Shown here one piece after another: positions 24,501-37,021 of a stretch of DNA of 64,000 bases. Numbering within the stretch: position 1 is the first letter of the stretch; every line of letters starts with the position of its first letter. Below the pieces are notes generated by a model that saw only the letters and a program-made list of their open reading frames with translations, was not told the origin of the DNA and did no database searches. The position numbers and the translations under genes were made by a program. Source of the stretch: Dimorphilus gyrociliatus (taxonomy: Eukaryota; Animalia; Annelida); the NCBI GenBank assembly GCA_904063045.1, contig CAJFCJ010000006.1:3984408-4048407 (forward strand), given 5' to 3'.

Positions 24501-27344
24501 TAAATAATGCAAGACACTACATGAATAGATTTGAGCGTTTCTCTTTAAAACAATGTTTCAAAATTCTAATAACGACTATATATTGACTATTCAGCTAATA
24601 ATACAAAGTATTTTGTGAGTAATAATAGAAGAAAAATAATAATAAATTCATTTCATGCACCTTTACCATGAGTTCACTACTGTTCAATTTAGAATTAAGA
24701 TTGTCAATTTCCCTTTGTTCGGCTTCACATTGAGCCTTTGCCTCATTTACACTATCGTTCAGCTTTGAGCGCTAAAAGTGAAAAAATATAATGTTTAGAA
24801 TTATAATTATCTGAAATATCGGTTTTCAATCTAATGAATCTTACTTTATCATCTAATTCGTCTAGCATTTTTTGAGCTTCTCCTTTCTGGCGTTCCAATT
24901 GATGTAGTGTAGCACTAATGGCTTCCAACTCTTTTACGGCAACTGTTACTTCGCCATTTCGAATTCTTACATCAGCTTCTTTCTGAGTTCGTTCCTGTTC
25001 TAACTTTAATTTTTCCCTTTTCAATATAGTAATTTCCTGAGTTAAAGAGTCCAGTTCGTTTAACTATTATTAAAAAGAAAAGAACTCTTTCAAATTACAA
25101 TTATTAAACACAATTAAGCTGAAAAATTTTACTGAATTGGTAGACGAAGCAACCCTCATTGAAGGAGGTATCATATCTTGACTTAAAACAGTTGGAGGTT
25201 CGATGTCGTGTTGGGTCTTTTTCTCAATGAAATGTAACGCTAGCATAAATTGTTCGCAAGTTAATTGACCAGTACCCTTTGAATCACATAAATTCCTATA
25301 AAAAGATAATAATAGAAAAACAACAAAATTTAATTCGAGCACTTTTTTTTATGTTTACCATATATGGGCTAAAACAGATTGATGAAGACCGCTTTGCATA
25401 AATATATCCTTTACTTCTGCACCATTTACTAAACCATCTTGATTTGTATCAATTTGCTTAAACTTCATTTCGTATCTAGCTCTATCAATAGTTTTAACAA
25501 CCCAGTTGGATGACTTAAAAAATATATTATAAATCACAGTTAATTACGAATGACTTCTCGTCAACGTGAATATCTACCATCGATCCACTGAGAGGTGTCG
25601 CTGGACTGCTCCGACCAGAATCAACATTAGGTAATACTGGAACAGCACCAGAGAGAGAGGGCGCCCGTCGACGTTTGCTTGGAGGTATTAATGTCGAAGG
25701 CAGATTATTTGGAAGCGGATCATTTTCAAGAGTTCGATAAATGAGATGCATTGCCTATATTTTCATTAAAAATTCTTAAATTAACAAGCATAGCTTATGA
25801 ATAAATTAATACAAACAAGACAGAATTCATCTCTATCTAAAAAACCATCCTTGTCAATGTCACTTAGGTCCCAAATTTTGCCCAAAACCTCCACATTTAA
25901 TTTAGAATTCATGAAAGCCTATAAAAAGAAACAAGCGAATTGTTAGGTAAATATTAAATAAAACAGATAGGAATTTGCATGTCATACCGGTCGAACTTTA
26001 TCGCCAGATAACAGTCCATTTATAGGTTGTAACGTATCGAAAACTGCATTATATTTATTTCTTTCCGATGGCTAAAGTGATAATTTAACCATCAACAATA
26101 ATACATAATTAAAATAGAACTCACTTTTATTTCCCAATCATATGCGGGAGACATACTCTTTGCTGGACTACTATGTGGACTATCCTAAAAGGAGAATAAA
26201 TGATTTATGTTTACCTTCTCGAACAAATACATTTATTATCATACAGTAAATGTAGGGGCAGGTGTTCTTCTAGATAAATTAGCCATACTTAAGTCAAATC
26301 CACTTTGGTGTAAAGCCATGAATTTTAAAGCTACACAGAAGCGATGCTTATCTAAGAATCCTTTTCCGTGAGGATCTGATAAATCCCAGATCTGAACCGA
26401 AGAAAATCAAACTTTTAATTATGATAATTTTGAAAATGATAATTTTCTTTTTCAACCTTTGAAAGTATATTTTGTGGTAACCCTGACTTTCGTAAATAGT
26501 TTGCTGCATCAACCGCACCAACACAACCTGTTTTATTCACGTCTGCCTGTAAAGTATAGATACGGGTAAATTCTCAAATATAAATCTATGAAATACAAAA
26601 TGTTTAAGTTATATAATGGTCTGTGTTTTCCAAGCCATAGTGCTATCTAAGCAAGTATGAAAACCGTTGATTACGCTAAACGAATATACAAAACAACAAA
26701 ATATCGTCTTATTTACCTAATCCTGTTTTGTATGATTGAGATGTCAAAAAAAAAAAACATATGTATATGTTTATAGAATAAAATTTAATATGTAACACTT
26801 TCATTAATTTATATATATATATAGTTAATTATGTTATGCTAAGGGTAACTTAAGTCTCATTATAAAAGTCACTTACCTCACTGAAAAATGAATCGTAGGT
26901 ATTTAGATGATCTCCCACTATCTGTAATAAAATTAAATATGAGAGTAAGTTATTAAGATGAAAGTATTGTTCAAAGGTTATAAATATACAAAAATCTTTC
27001 TGTGGCTTCCAAATGGGCAAATGACCGAGATCAGATTTAAATTTGCAATAGTCTAATCAGTTGTAAATGATCCAAATACGTTTGCAAGTATGCTATCGAA
27101 ACCACTATAATATAGTTAGTTACTGCTAAGTATTTGAAGACAATATTTTTTAACTGGCCTATAGCCCGTGAGAGATAAACAAAATTGCAGGTAAACTAAT
27201 TCAAAGTATTTCGCTTTCAAAAACTGAGATCATATGGTAACATAATTTTTACGCTTTACAGTACCTATAAATATTAAAAATACATTTTTTGACAGCTATA
27301 AATCATAAAAAATTCACCTCATTTACAGATGGAAACTTCGCCAT
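21544..27344 (-). CDS. EPS15: EPS15/EPS15L1 endocytic adaptor: three EH domains, coiled coil, DPF repeats, C-terminal UIMs
   Basis: MAKFPSVNE start at 27344; [34 protein letters not shown] and AHIWNLCD EH motifs; many DPF motifs at 22500-23350; last exon MAWAKKESE...[17 protein letters not shown]. Confidence 0.93.
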
Positions 27345-27580
27345 TTTGGAAATTAACTGCTCCGGCGACTGCCCCGTAACTAATTATAAAACTCTAAAAT
27401 ATGTATAAAATAAAATGACTAAAATATATTCAGAATCTTTTATTTATTCCAATGAATTCAGTTTCAGTCAAAATGATAGTTGTGAGTACAACTCAGTAAA
27501 ACAATTTCCGTTTCCGGTGCCCTGGGTTTTCGAGTCAAGTTTTTTGACTGTTCAACTATAGGATAACTTTAATTCTTGCA
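27345..27580. promoter_or_regulatory. Bidirectional promoter between EPS15 and the GST gene with tandem ETS-like TTTCCGTTTCCGGT (27505-27518)
   Basis: Head-to-head ATGs about 236 bp apart; 13 bp of the motif recur identically at 41254-41266. Confidence 0.55.
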
Positions 27581-28720
27581 ATGTCATCCAAGTTTATATT
27601 CCAGTTTGTTTTCGTTGTTATTTGTGCTGTTCTGGTCAGTCACTATACTGGAAATCTTTGCTGCATTTGCAGGTACGTGTCACTTATCGATAAACTATTG
27701 ATTTGACTATGAATACTTAAATACATCTAGAAAAGTCAAGGAAATTTATTACGGCAAACCGGGATGTATCCCTCTTCCAAATCCGGGGAATGTGACATTA
27801 CATTACTTTGGCGTGCGGTATGTAGATTCAATCAACTTACTTTTAATAATTCAAAATTGAACCAATAGAGGAAAGGCTGAAGGAATTAGATTCATCATGG
27901 AAGAAGGTGGCATTTCATATGACGAAACAAAATTTACTAAAGCAACATGGCCAGCCGCTAAAGCAAAAGGTGTTGAAAGCGGCTTATATCCTTTTGGCCA
28001 AGGTAATAAAAATATTGAGTCAGAGATCTTCAGCTATAGGTGATTGACCCAAATGTCCTTTCAGTTCCAGCTCTCATAACAAGTACTGGCTCGAAAGTAG
28101 CTCAAAGTTTGGTAGTTGCTCATTTTGTTGCTCGTTCTACTGGACTAGATTGCGATTGTAGAGATTACCAACGTTGCGAAATGCTTGTTCAAGGAATCGG
28201 TGAGACCACAATTTCTTTTGAATGAATTCAATAGTTTTGTTATTATATTACAGAGGATATAAAATATCACTTTGGACTCTTAATAAAACACGCCGATTAC
28301 GATTTTGCTCGACGAAAGGAATTCATAGACAATGTTCTTCCCGTATGGCTAAAACATTTTGAAAAGTTAGCCCCTTCACTTACTCAACAGGTCAGCCGCT
28401 AAAAAATTTTATTCCAAGTTACTTATATAACGTACTAACTCTCTTCGTAATGTCTTTTATAGGATGGTGCCTTCTTTGCCAGTAACCGCATAACATGGGT
28501 TGATCTGCTTGTCTTCGAAGTTCTAAATCAGCAAATTACCTATGCAGCTGACGACTTTGGAGGAAAAACCTACAAGAATACAGAAATATTGAAGCAATCT
28601 CCTAAATTAGCTAATTTCTACCGACAAATGTTAAAGAGAGATAGAATTGATGCATATCTACAAAGTGAACGTCGACATCCTTTTACACACTTTGCCAAGC
28701 CGAAGGAAGTTAGAACGTAG
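27581..28720 (+). CDS. Glutathione S-transferase (Tyr-type, sigma/pi/mu-like) with an N-terminal hydrophobic leader, 6 exons
   Basis: TLHYFGVRGKAEGIRF, LYPFGQVPAL, AQSLVVAHFVAR and ITWVDLLVFEVL follow the cytosolic GST fold. Exon 1 (27581-27672, MSSKFIFQFVFVVICAVLVSHYTG) splices in frame through a 58-bp intron. Confidence 0.85.
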
Positions 28721-29031
28721 ACTTTACTTACGAAGTAAAAAAAATTGCTTTTCAATTTAGTGTTTTCAAGTGATAAAATTACGATAATTTCTTGAAATAG
28801 TATTTTTTTATCTCGCACCAACTCTTCTTAGGCATTTTATCACACTAAACGTTTTGTACGAGTACAAATTTCCAAGAGAGATTTATTCTCAAAGATTAAT
28901 AAAACGTAAAAATAAAACAATAAGGATACTTTCTTGATTATGATAAACCATCAGCGAAAGAAAAACAGAGAATAGAGTAACTTGATGTTGTGACTAATAT
29001 TATTCAGAGAGGTAAGTAGGAGAGATCATCT

Positions 29032-30405
29032 TTAAAGTTCGTCTCTTTGTTTCTTGGGATTGGAGGCTAAATACTTTTCATAAGCGTCCCTGGGATCAAT
29101 CATCCAATGCTTATGAAATGATATTGGTATCTGACTGTTAATAAATATAGCAGCATAATCAATAGGCCTCGCCTGATGAAAAAGTGGCGAATGAACAACT
29201 TTAGCCGATATTCGAGATAACCATAAGCCTATTAGCATATCGTCTGGCGAACTGTGGGATGGACAGCGGCAATCTTGACATTCCATGATAAGCTTTACTG
29301 CTTGCTTGGAAAATATCATACCACCCCCACCGGTAATATAAGAGTACCCGTAATCTTTTGCTAGTCCAAAGCCATATTTTTCACCGATTGCAATTGCTTC
29401 ATTCGGATCATAACAACTTAATATTTTCCTTAATTCCGCTATGTTGATAAGTGTATCATCATCTGTTACTACTAACCAATCTCTTGAATCTGGAAGTTCG
29501 AAGAATGTTTGAAAAATTTCAAAGCACTTTGAGCAATGTCCACTTTCTGTATTTGGAGCTTTATTTAAAATTAAATTTGGAACTGTACTATCTTCTTGAT
29601 CGGAAAAAAATCTCACACTTTTGGAATTTCTAATATCTTTATACCAAGTATCCAATATCACAGGTATTCTATCTTTGTGAAATAGATGACAAGTTTTTAT
29701 TCCGATAAAGAAATGATTATCGCTCGTTTCTCCTCCACAATCCGCTTTAATTGTTGAAAAGTAAGAAGCGCATGCACTCACATATTTTGTACACAACCAG
29801 TTTACTGATTTTAGTTTAGGACCCTTTCCTTCATTGTATATGTATTTAGCTAATTCGTATTGAACATCTATAGTAAAGTCATCAACCTTCTTTAACCAGT
29901 TAGAGTAGTCTTTACCAAGCGTCTTGACAAGAGACATTGAAAATATTATACCACTAGATAGAAGGGGATAAATAAGTTTTCCTGGAGTATCGAAATGATG
30001 TATAATTGTTACTTCCTGATCCTTTAAGCCCAGACCAAAATAAATGGCTTTTTTCTCATTATATTTAGCTAACTTTAAAGAAAGCTCTTGAGTAATAAAT
30101 CGTGTATCTTCTGTACATACTACAACCCACTTTGCTTTGGAATACTTAACTTTTTTTGATATTTCATTTAAAACTGGTATTATTAGGAATGCTCTTTCTT
30201 CGGTCAATAACTCGGAAAAAGAGACTACACTATCGCTCGCTATATCCTGATCGATAAGGTGTTCTTTAAAATTTTTGTATCTTATCAAATGTGTAGATGA
30301 TGGCTCATCTCGAACAGTGAATAATATATCTCCTACACAATCGATTCCAACTGCCAGTAAAGTGAAAAAAATCAAATTTATAAAAAAAAATGATACAGAC
30401 GCCAT
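29032..30405 (-). CDS. B3GLCT: Beta-1,3-glucosyltransferase (fringe-like GT31), intronless, 457 aa
   Basis: Signal peptide; WLVVTDDDTLI, GYSYITGGGGMIFS, PDDML, HSPLFHQARP and PISFHKHW motifs; C-terminal RDEL ER-retention signal. Confidence 0.93.
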   Translation of the reverse strand: MASVSFFFINLIFFTLLAVGIDCVGDILFTVRDEPSSTHLIRYKNFKEHLIDQDIASDSVVSFSELLTEERAFLIIPVLNEISKKVKYSKAKWVVVCTEDTRFITQELSLKLAKYNEKKAIYFGLGLKDQEVTIIHHFDTPGKLIYPLLSSGIIFSMSLVKTLGKDYSNWLKKVDDFTIDVQYELAKYIYNEGKGPKLKSVNWLCTKYVSACASYFSTIKADCGGETSDNHFFIGIKTCHLFHKDRIPVILDTWYKDIRNSKSVRFFSDQEDSTVPNLILNKAPNTESGHCSKCFEIFQTFFELPDSRDWLVVTDDDTLINIAELRKILSCYDPNEAIAIGEKYGFGLAKDYGYSYITGGGGMIFSKQAVKLIMECQDCRCPSHSSPDDMLIGLWLSRISAKVVHSPLFHQARPIDYAAIFINSQIPISFHKHWMIDPRDAYEKYLASNPKKQRDEL

Positions 30406-30670
30406 TTGTTGCCGCGGGGATCATCACATGACCAATAACCACGTGATTTGTACAACCCTTTACAGTTTTAAGAATGTGTTTGTTTTTACATAATTATTCT
30501 TTTTTTTAAATGGAATAAATTATTATTTGTAGAGGTTTTTTTCATTATTATACTAAACTGTTTGTAGGACAATTTAGATCCAACATCACTTTGTAGTTTA
30601 AAACTTCTCTTTGAAAAGATGACATTCTTAAATAGTTAAAATAACTTATAGTATAACTTAAAACACACTT

Positions 30671-32549
30671 TCATTGTTTCTTAAAAAAAGACATTAGTGT
30701 AGATTGATTTTCTGCAACTTTTCTACCTCTCTTCTTGGGTTTCGACGTTTCCACTGGCTTCTTTGATTCCGGTTTCTTTAATTCATCTTCTGAAGCATCA
30801 GTTGAGGCAGATTCGTAGACTTTTTCGGTAACCATATAACCTTCATCGTTGACAAACGTTTTCGTGACTTGTTTTCGTATTCTTTTCCTTCTTTTGACGT
30901 CTACTGGTTGAGATAATTCAGTGATAGATGCTTGAGTAGAATCTTCAACACTTTGTGCTGGTTTGCTTTCTTCCTCTTCTTCACTGCTAGTTTCTATAGC
31001 TATTCGCTTTCTTCTTTTGTTAATAGAGGAATCACTCTCCCCCTTCGACTTCTTTCTTGATCCTCTGGCATTTTCTTTTTTCTTTTCTTCCTATAGGAAT
31101 GTAATGAGAATTTCCATAATTGACAAAATAAACATAAAAGCTATTTGAACCTTTATATTATGTTTCTTTCCAATCTCCTCTTTATCTTGAGCCGAAGATT
31201 TACTGCTCTGTAAAATAGCATAGTGAAAAATTATAATGAAATTCTACCCTTTCTACATACTTGGAAGGAATTTTGTTTCGTTTTATTCGGGACAATATCA
31301 TCGCTACTGTGATCTTCTATTTGGGCCGTTCTTTCATCTTTCTTATTCTATATAATAACATTTAACTAATGGTTTATTAATTACAAAAAATATGTATTTA
31401 TCTTACCAATTGAGTAGTTTTCTTTGGGTTTGTAGTTGCTTTAAAAAAGTCAGATGATCCTTTCCTTTTCTCTGTTGTTTTCGTTTCAGCCTTTGCAAGT
31501 TTGGCTGAAGTTGCCTTTGTTTCCTGTTTTTTAAAATATTAGTTGAACATTTCAGAATAGTTAAAATTCGATTAATGATTACTTTAGGCTTCGCTGTTGT
31601 CAATTTTTCTTTATCGTTATTTTCATTAGTTGTCTTCTTTTCCTGCTCGCTCTTTACGACTTCTTTTCTTTTCTGAAGTTAAAAATCATTACTTGATACA
31701 AGCAAAAAAAATATAGAATAAATATTGTATTATATATAGAATAAATATCTGGTAAAACCTCCGTAACGACTTCTTTCTTTAATGGTTTATTTTCACATCT
31801 ACTCCCCGTTTCGCATAAAATAGCAGACATGACGGCTTCTGTTCCTTTATTATCCCCTTCTAAACATACTTTCATATTATTTTGCTCGATTCTTCAAAAA
31901 ATGTTGACTATTAGAAGATTACAATAAAATAATGTATATGGTTTTTTACTTTTCATTTGAATATAGCATAGTATATCCCTATTTGGAAAATAAAACAAAT
32001 TAACAATATTAACTCTTTGTAAGTGAAAAGATTTTATTTACCAAAATTTTCGTCTTTGATACACTGTAAACATGGCAAGAGGAAATATTGGAGTAGTTCT
32101 GTTTTACGTCTTCCAAACAAGGCTCTTTACAAAACTGAATTTTAGTTACCTGAAGTATAATTTTCAATAATAAAAGTGTTATTATATTTTAAAATACATT
32201 ACTTTTTTGCGATTTTGTTCAACAGAGCCTATTAGTGTATAGATTACTTCAAGATCTTCTCTTTTAGAAGCATATTCACCAAGTACCCTATAAAATATTA
32301 TTATTTTCCATTTTCTCTTGAATTATTGTAGAGAAATATCTTACTCTTTCGCGTGATTGACTGGAATATTTCCTATGCAACTCAATTTTTTATAAGTGAC
32401 CTAAAACAAAAAATCCCATTATCGCTCTATTCATAACAGCTACTGAATTTTTTAAAACAAAAATGTGACAGCGATTTACTAACAATCTCATCTTTGTCGT
32501 CGATCAACTCATTCAAGATTTCTAGATACTTTGAAGCAAATCGTTTCAT
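30671..32549 (-). CDS. POLD3: DNA polymerase delta subunit 3 (p66/Cdc27)
   Basis: N-terminus YLEILNELIDDKDEIVTYKKLS...VNHAK and CHVYSV; C-terminus KRKRIRKQVTKTFVNDEGYMVTEKVYES; terminal PIP box QSTLMSFF. Confidence 0.9.
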
Positions 32550-33329
32550 AGTTTACAGTAAAGCCAAGTTTTACTAGCAAATAAGATAGTTTTGGCGGTA
32601 CAAATAGTAGACGACTGTTTTGAAATACGCTGTGATCCTAATTCATTTGATGTTGGTATATTTAGAGTCTAATACTGAACCCTATTTTTAGTGTGGCTCT
32701 ATGTTCCACACACTTCGAATAGCTATACTATTTAATAACAAAACTACGGAAAATATTTTCGACTTATAATTTGAAAATAGCAGTAACTAAGCAGCTAGTC
32801 TATGTTTCAGGTTTTATAGATATCTATGGCGGTTATAGAAATAAACACGAACATTATATTATAAAACTTTCCACAAAAACTTTTTTTTACGAAACTCAGG
32901 ATTTCCCAAATATATAGCTTTAGTCCATTCCTGTACTTTTATTCTAAATTTTTACAAGGTTTTTTTCAACATAAACAAAAAAAAACAAACACTTATTTTG
33001 TATGGCATAGAAGCAGCTGACAAATTTAATAAGAAACAAACAATACAATGTATCATCACATAAAAGTATATCAAATGTAATCACGCTGTCTTTTTACAAT
33101 AAATACAAATCTGAAATTATTGTTAAAGCTTCTTGAAATCTCAATTCACTTTAACAGCAAATCCAAAGTGTCATTTAATGTACAATTCCCTTATACTCAA
33201 ACATATAGAATATATAAATGACTATGCTACGCAACAGATAAATGATAATTGAAAAAAAATAGTCACTTCATTAGAGATTTAATATCTATTATTTTCAAAT
33301 AACAAACTCGACTATCTGGAAGGTTGGTT

Positions 33330-34631
33330 TTAACCAAAATTCGGGTTGTTGGAATCCATATCAAGGAAATCAGTGAAAGTTGCTAACATTGGGTCATAAT
33401 TATTTGAATCGTCATTCAAAGTATTGGCGAATTCGTGATTGGAATCAATTACGCTTGGATCTACAGTTGAGCCAGCGGGTCGATCATAATTATTCAATTG
33501 GTCTTCATATGGAAAAGTAGGTAAAGTGACGGGGATGGTAGGTGTCGGAGTTGCTCCCTTGCCCTTAGTTATTTTTTTAATAACTCTTTCTTTTACATTG
33601 TCTGAAACGGTACTGGATGAACACTGAAATTCGGAACCACTGAAAAGTGGAGATTTCTTCTTTCTTTTTATAGACATTTCGTAGTCGTTATTAGGATGAT
33701 AAGTAAATTCGATTGGTTCAGACTTCAAATCTTCCGACATTCGTTTTAAGTACATAAAAACTTTGCACGGCTCAGTTATTTGGAAAGGGAAGGGTGGTGT
33801 CTTAAAAACGATAGCTACTTGATGATGAACATCTGTTGACCCAAAGTTGCCTTTATCCATCCAGTCTTTACATTCAAAGATAATTTCCACATCATCTTTT
33901 GATGTTAACTTGTCTGTTAGCATGAAAATTTCTGTGCCACCGTTCACAGAACCAGCACAAGCACTAACTCGACAAATCTTCATTTCACCAGGTGTTTTGT
34001 GGTCAAATATTGGCTGAGTTACAATTGGTGGAACTACTTTTCTGAATTGATTATTTGATTCAGGATCGGGCAGAAAAGCTTGAAAACATATTCTCACACA
34101 ATGAGCATCAATATTACTCGGATCATTTATATGATCAAAACCATTACCATATGGATCTACCCGAATTTGCTGTCTTTCTTGTAGTTTATCTTTTACTGCT
34201 CTTTTCTTGGCGCACCTAATTCCCAGATTTTGAAATTTATAAGTAGTCTCACCATTTTTTAACTTGACTGTGCAAACACCTTTGTTACATTCCTTTCCAA
34301 CTAAGGAATGAGGATGAGCTCTGTATGGTTTATCCCTAGTTACGCAGGAAGCTACAATTATAGCCTCCGTAGCATTGCCCATGTTACATAACCGTATAGT
34401 AGGGTAGCTTTTGTTCTCCTCTGTCGATTTTTCCCCAGGAATATGACCTGCATATCGTCCTTCGCATTCATATCGAAATCTTTGTCCTTTTTGTCGAGGT
34501 TCTTCTATTATCTCCAAGTACGGCTCTGGATACGAAAAGGGATATTCGGCGCATATCGCTAAAAATATCAACAATTAACTATAGCTATTAATAAATACGT
34601 AATGTAAAATTTACTTACCATGCTCATCCAT
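33330..34631 (-). CDS. Rel/NF-kB transcription factor (Rel/Dorsal subfamily: RHD + IPT + NLS, no ankyrin repeats), about 420 aa; start uncertain
   Basis: PYLEIIEEP.Q.GQRFRYECEGR, HPHSLVGK.C, FQNLGIRC, VRICFQAFL, VHHQVAIVFKTPP; NLS KRKKK. An upstream exon ending MDEH joins at AG 34559-34560. Confidence 0.92.
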
Positions 34632-35927
34632 CAGTAGCTCAGGTGTAATATGCAAGTCTGAAATGAGAGTGATTCACGGGAATATTGGCAGCGGGCTTTA
34701 TATGAGAAACTAACCAACTAGAAGTCTTCTCTGTTATGCAGGTAATAAATTTATCTAAATCAGACTTTCGATGTCTAAAAACGAATTATTTTCTACTAAA
34801 TATAGGTCACAGTGAAAAATATACTGTAAAAGAAACTTATAATCGCAAAAATGTCATCTAAATATGATATTTTTAGTCTTTATGTACAATGGTTTAAGTA
34901 TTAGTCATCTCTTTCTAATAAACATTAATCGATGAGAGAGTCTTGTGTAATATTTTAATGATATTTCACAATGTTTTCTACCTTCCTTGTTTAAAAAAAG
35001 TGAAAAGATAATTTAAATCATCTTTGAAAATTGCTTTAACGTAGAAAGTTTTGCGACGATAATCATAAAATTATAAAAAAAATGAATCTTATGCATTAAA
35101 AAACAAAATTCCCCTATTCTATCGACAAAGCGAAAGTATCAAAATAAAGACAATATAAAATAATTTAGCTTACAAACAAACGTGTACCTTAAATAAGATT
35201 ATTTTTATATATTATTGATACAATCAAATGTTTAAAATATAAAAGTAATCAAACTTATTACGCTAAAAAATCGTTCAACAATTTTCTAGTACGGCAGACA
35301 TCTTGATTTGTTCAGGTATTTTTGATCTAAAAGCTGATTGGCTAAAAAACTGTTCTATTTTAAAGAAACAACCACTCTACAATAAATGATTATCTACAAA
35401 TACTAAAATACAGACTTTTTATACTTTAGCTCAAGACAAATTTGTAATTACTATTCAAGACCATAAAAGATAAGCTACTTAGGACTATCTGAAACAATAC
35501 TTGTACTCTGATACTTGAAAATTATCTTGATTTTTTTAAAGATTAAGTGAAAAAAAACTTTTAAAAATTGCAAAACGGAAAATAGGGAAGTTTTATCCTT
35601 CGTTTTATTTAATGTTAATGTTTCTATTAGAATTTATTTCCTGTAAAATAATCTATTATATTAATATTTAGATTTTATTGCTATTGAATAGGATTTGTTT
35701 ATTAAGTAATGGTAAAACTTATCTAGTCGTATTTGTCAAGCTTTAGATTAGGCCTATATTTGACGACTGAGCTAATCAATTGTGTTGTCAAGCGACTAAA
35801 ACGTGAATATATATGAAAATATTCACTATAATCTCATTACTTTGGGTAGTTTAAGTTCTATATCTTTGTTAGTATTTTGCCCAATTGCTCAATTTTAGAT
35901 ATAAATTATTTATAAACTTTAAAATTA

Positions 35928-36335
35928 ATGGATGGTAATGAGAAAACGGCAGATAATACTAGGAAAAGTATTGTTAGAATAAATGAACAAGAAATTAACG
36001 TTAAAGAAGAATCTATAAATGGCGAAGAAAAGGAAGATGAGGAAAATGAAATTGAAGATGATTTCAAGGGAATTGACCCTTACCAAAGAGCTATGGAGTA
36101 TCTATCCAAGAATGACATCTTTGAATTATTTCAAAGTTTAACTGCTGGATTGGTGCTGAGTCGACCTCAAAAGTCTATACAATATATGATAAATGAAATA
36201 GACAAAATAAGACAAGCTAAGGAGGCAAAAAATGGATCCTTAGTGCCAGACCAAATGGATCCCTACAAAGATCCTCCTGAACATAAAGCGACAATACAGG
36301 AAATGTTCACGTCAATAAACGTTGATAATAAATGA
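35928..36335 (+). CDS. Small RIIa/Dpy-30-type dimerisation-docking domain protein, TEX55/EFCAB10-like, intronless, 135 aa
   Basis: DPYQRAMEYLSKNDIFELFQSLTAGLVLSRPQKSIQYMINEI matches the YL..H.I..LF..LT..L....P..P..FM pattern; acidic N-terminus. Confidence 0.65.
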   Translation: MDGNEKTADNTRKSIVRINEQEINVKEESINGEEKEDEENEIEDDFKGIDPYQRAMEYLSKNDIFELFQSLTAGLVLSRPQKSIQYMINEIDKIRQAKEAKNGSLVPDQMDPYKDPPEHKATIQEMFTSINVDNK

Positions 36336-37021
36336 TATCGTCAGTTATTTTCTCTATACTTGTTATAATATACATTTAGAAGTTATCTTATGATTAGATT
36401 TAAAGGATTAAATGTCTTACTATTAGACTACACTTTACTTATTTGCGAGGATTGTTTATATCACAAACATACACAATAATCAAATATCAAATCCAATGAC
36501 ATATATCATATATTACTACTATTGTAGCTTAACAGATAAAATTAATCTTATTCAGGATCTAAATAAGTGTTGAATACTTAAAAGCAATATTTTATTATTG
36601 CTACTAAATTTCTTCTAAGTATAGAGGAAAAGTATTCGAATTCTTTAGTAAAATAGACCACTCACTTAAAGTTTTCTGTCTTTGAAAGAGGATTTCAAAA
36701 CTAAAGAGGAATCAAAGTCCACACTTTGCTATCGAAGTTAAAATTAACTATTATATTACTTCAATGCTAATCAGCTTTTGAAGTGACCAGTTATTTTGCA
36801 TTGTTTTATTACAATTGAAGTTTACTTACTGTTAAACAGTAGTATTAACTACTAGTGCTCAAACATAAGATAATTTGCTGATTTTCCGAAAAGGTCGTGT
36901 TTCAAAACCGAAATAAATTCCAGTTGAAATAAGATGTCCACAAATTCTATTGTAACCGGTGCTTATTTTTCGGTGCAGTTGTGTATTACATATAATTTTT
37001 CAAATTTTGTAAAATCTGCCA

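Noticed and set aside
31880-31960. Apparent in-frame stops in POLD3 after the first AG
   Set aside because: A downstream acceptor (ttttgaag) restores the frame, so there is no pseudogenisation.
32898-32907. kB-like site GGGAAATCC downstream of Rel
   Set aside because: A single 9-mer with no clustering; expected by chance.
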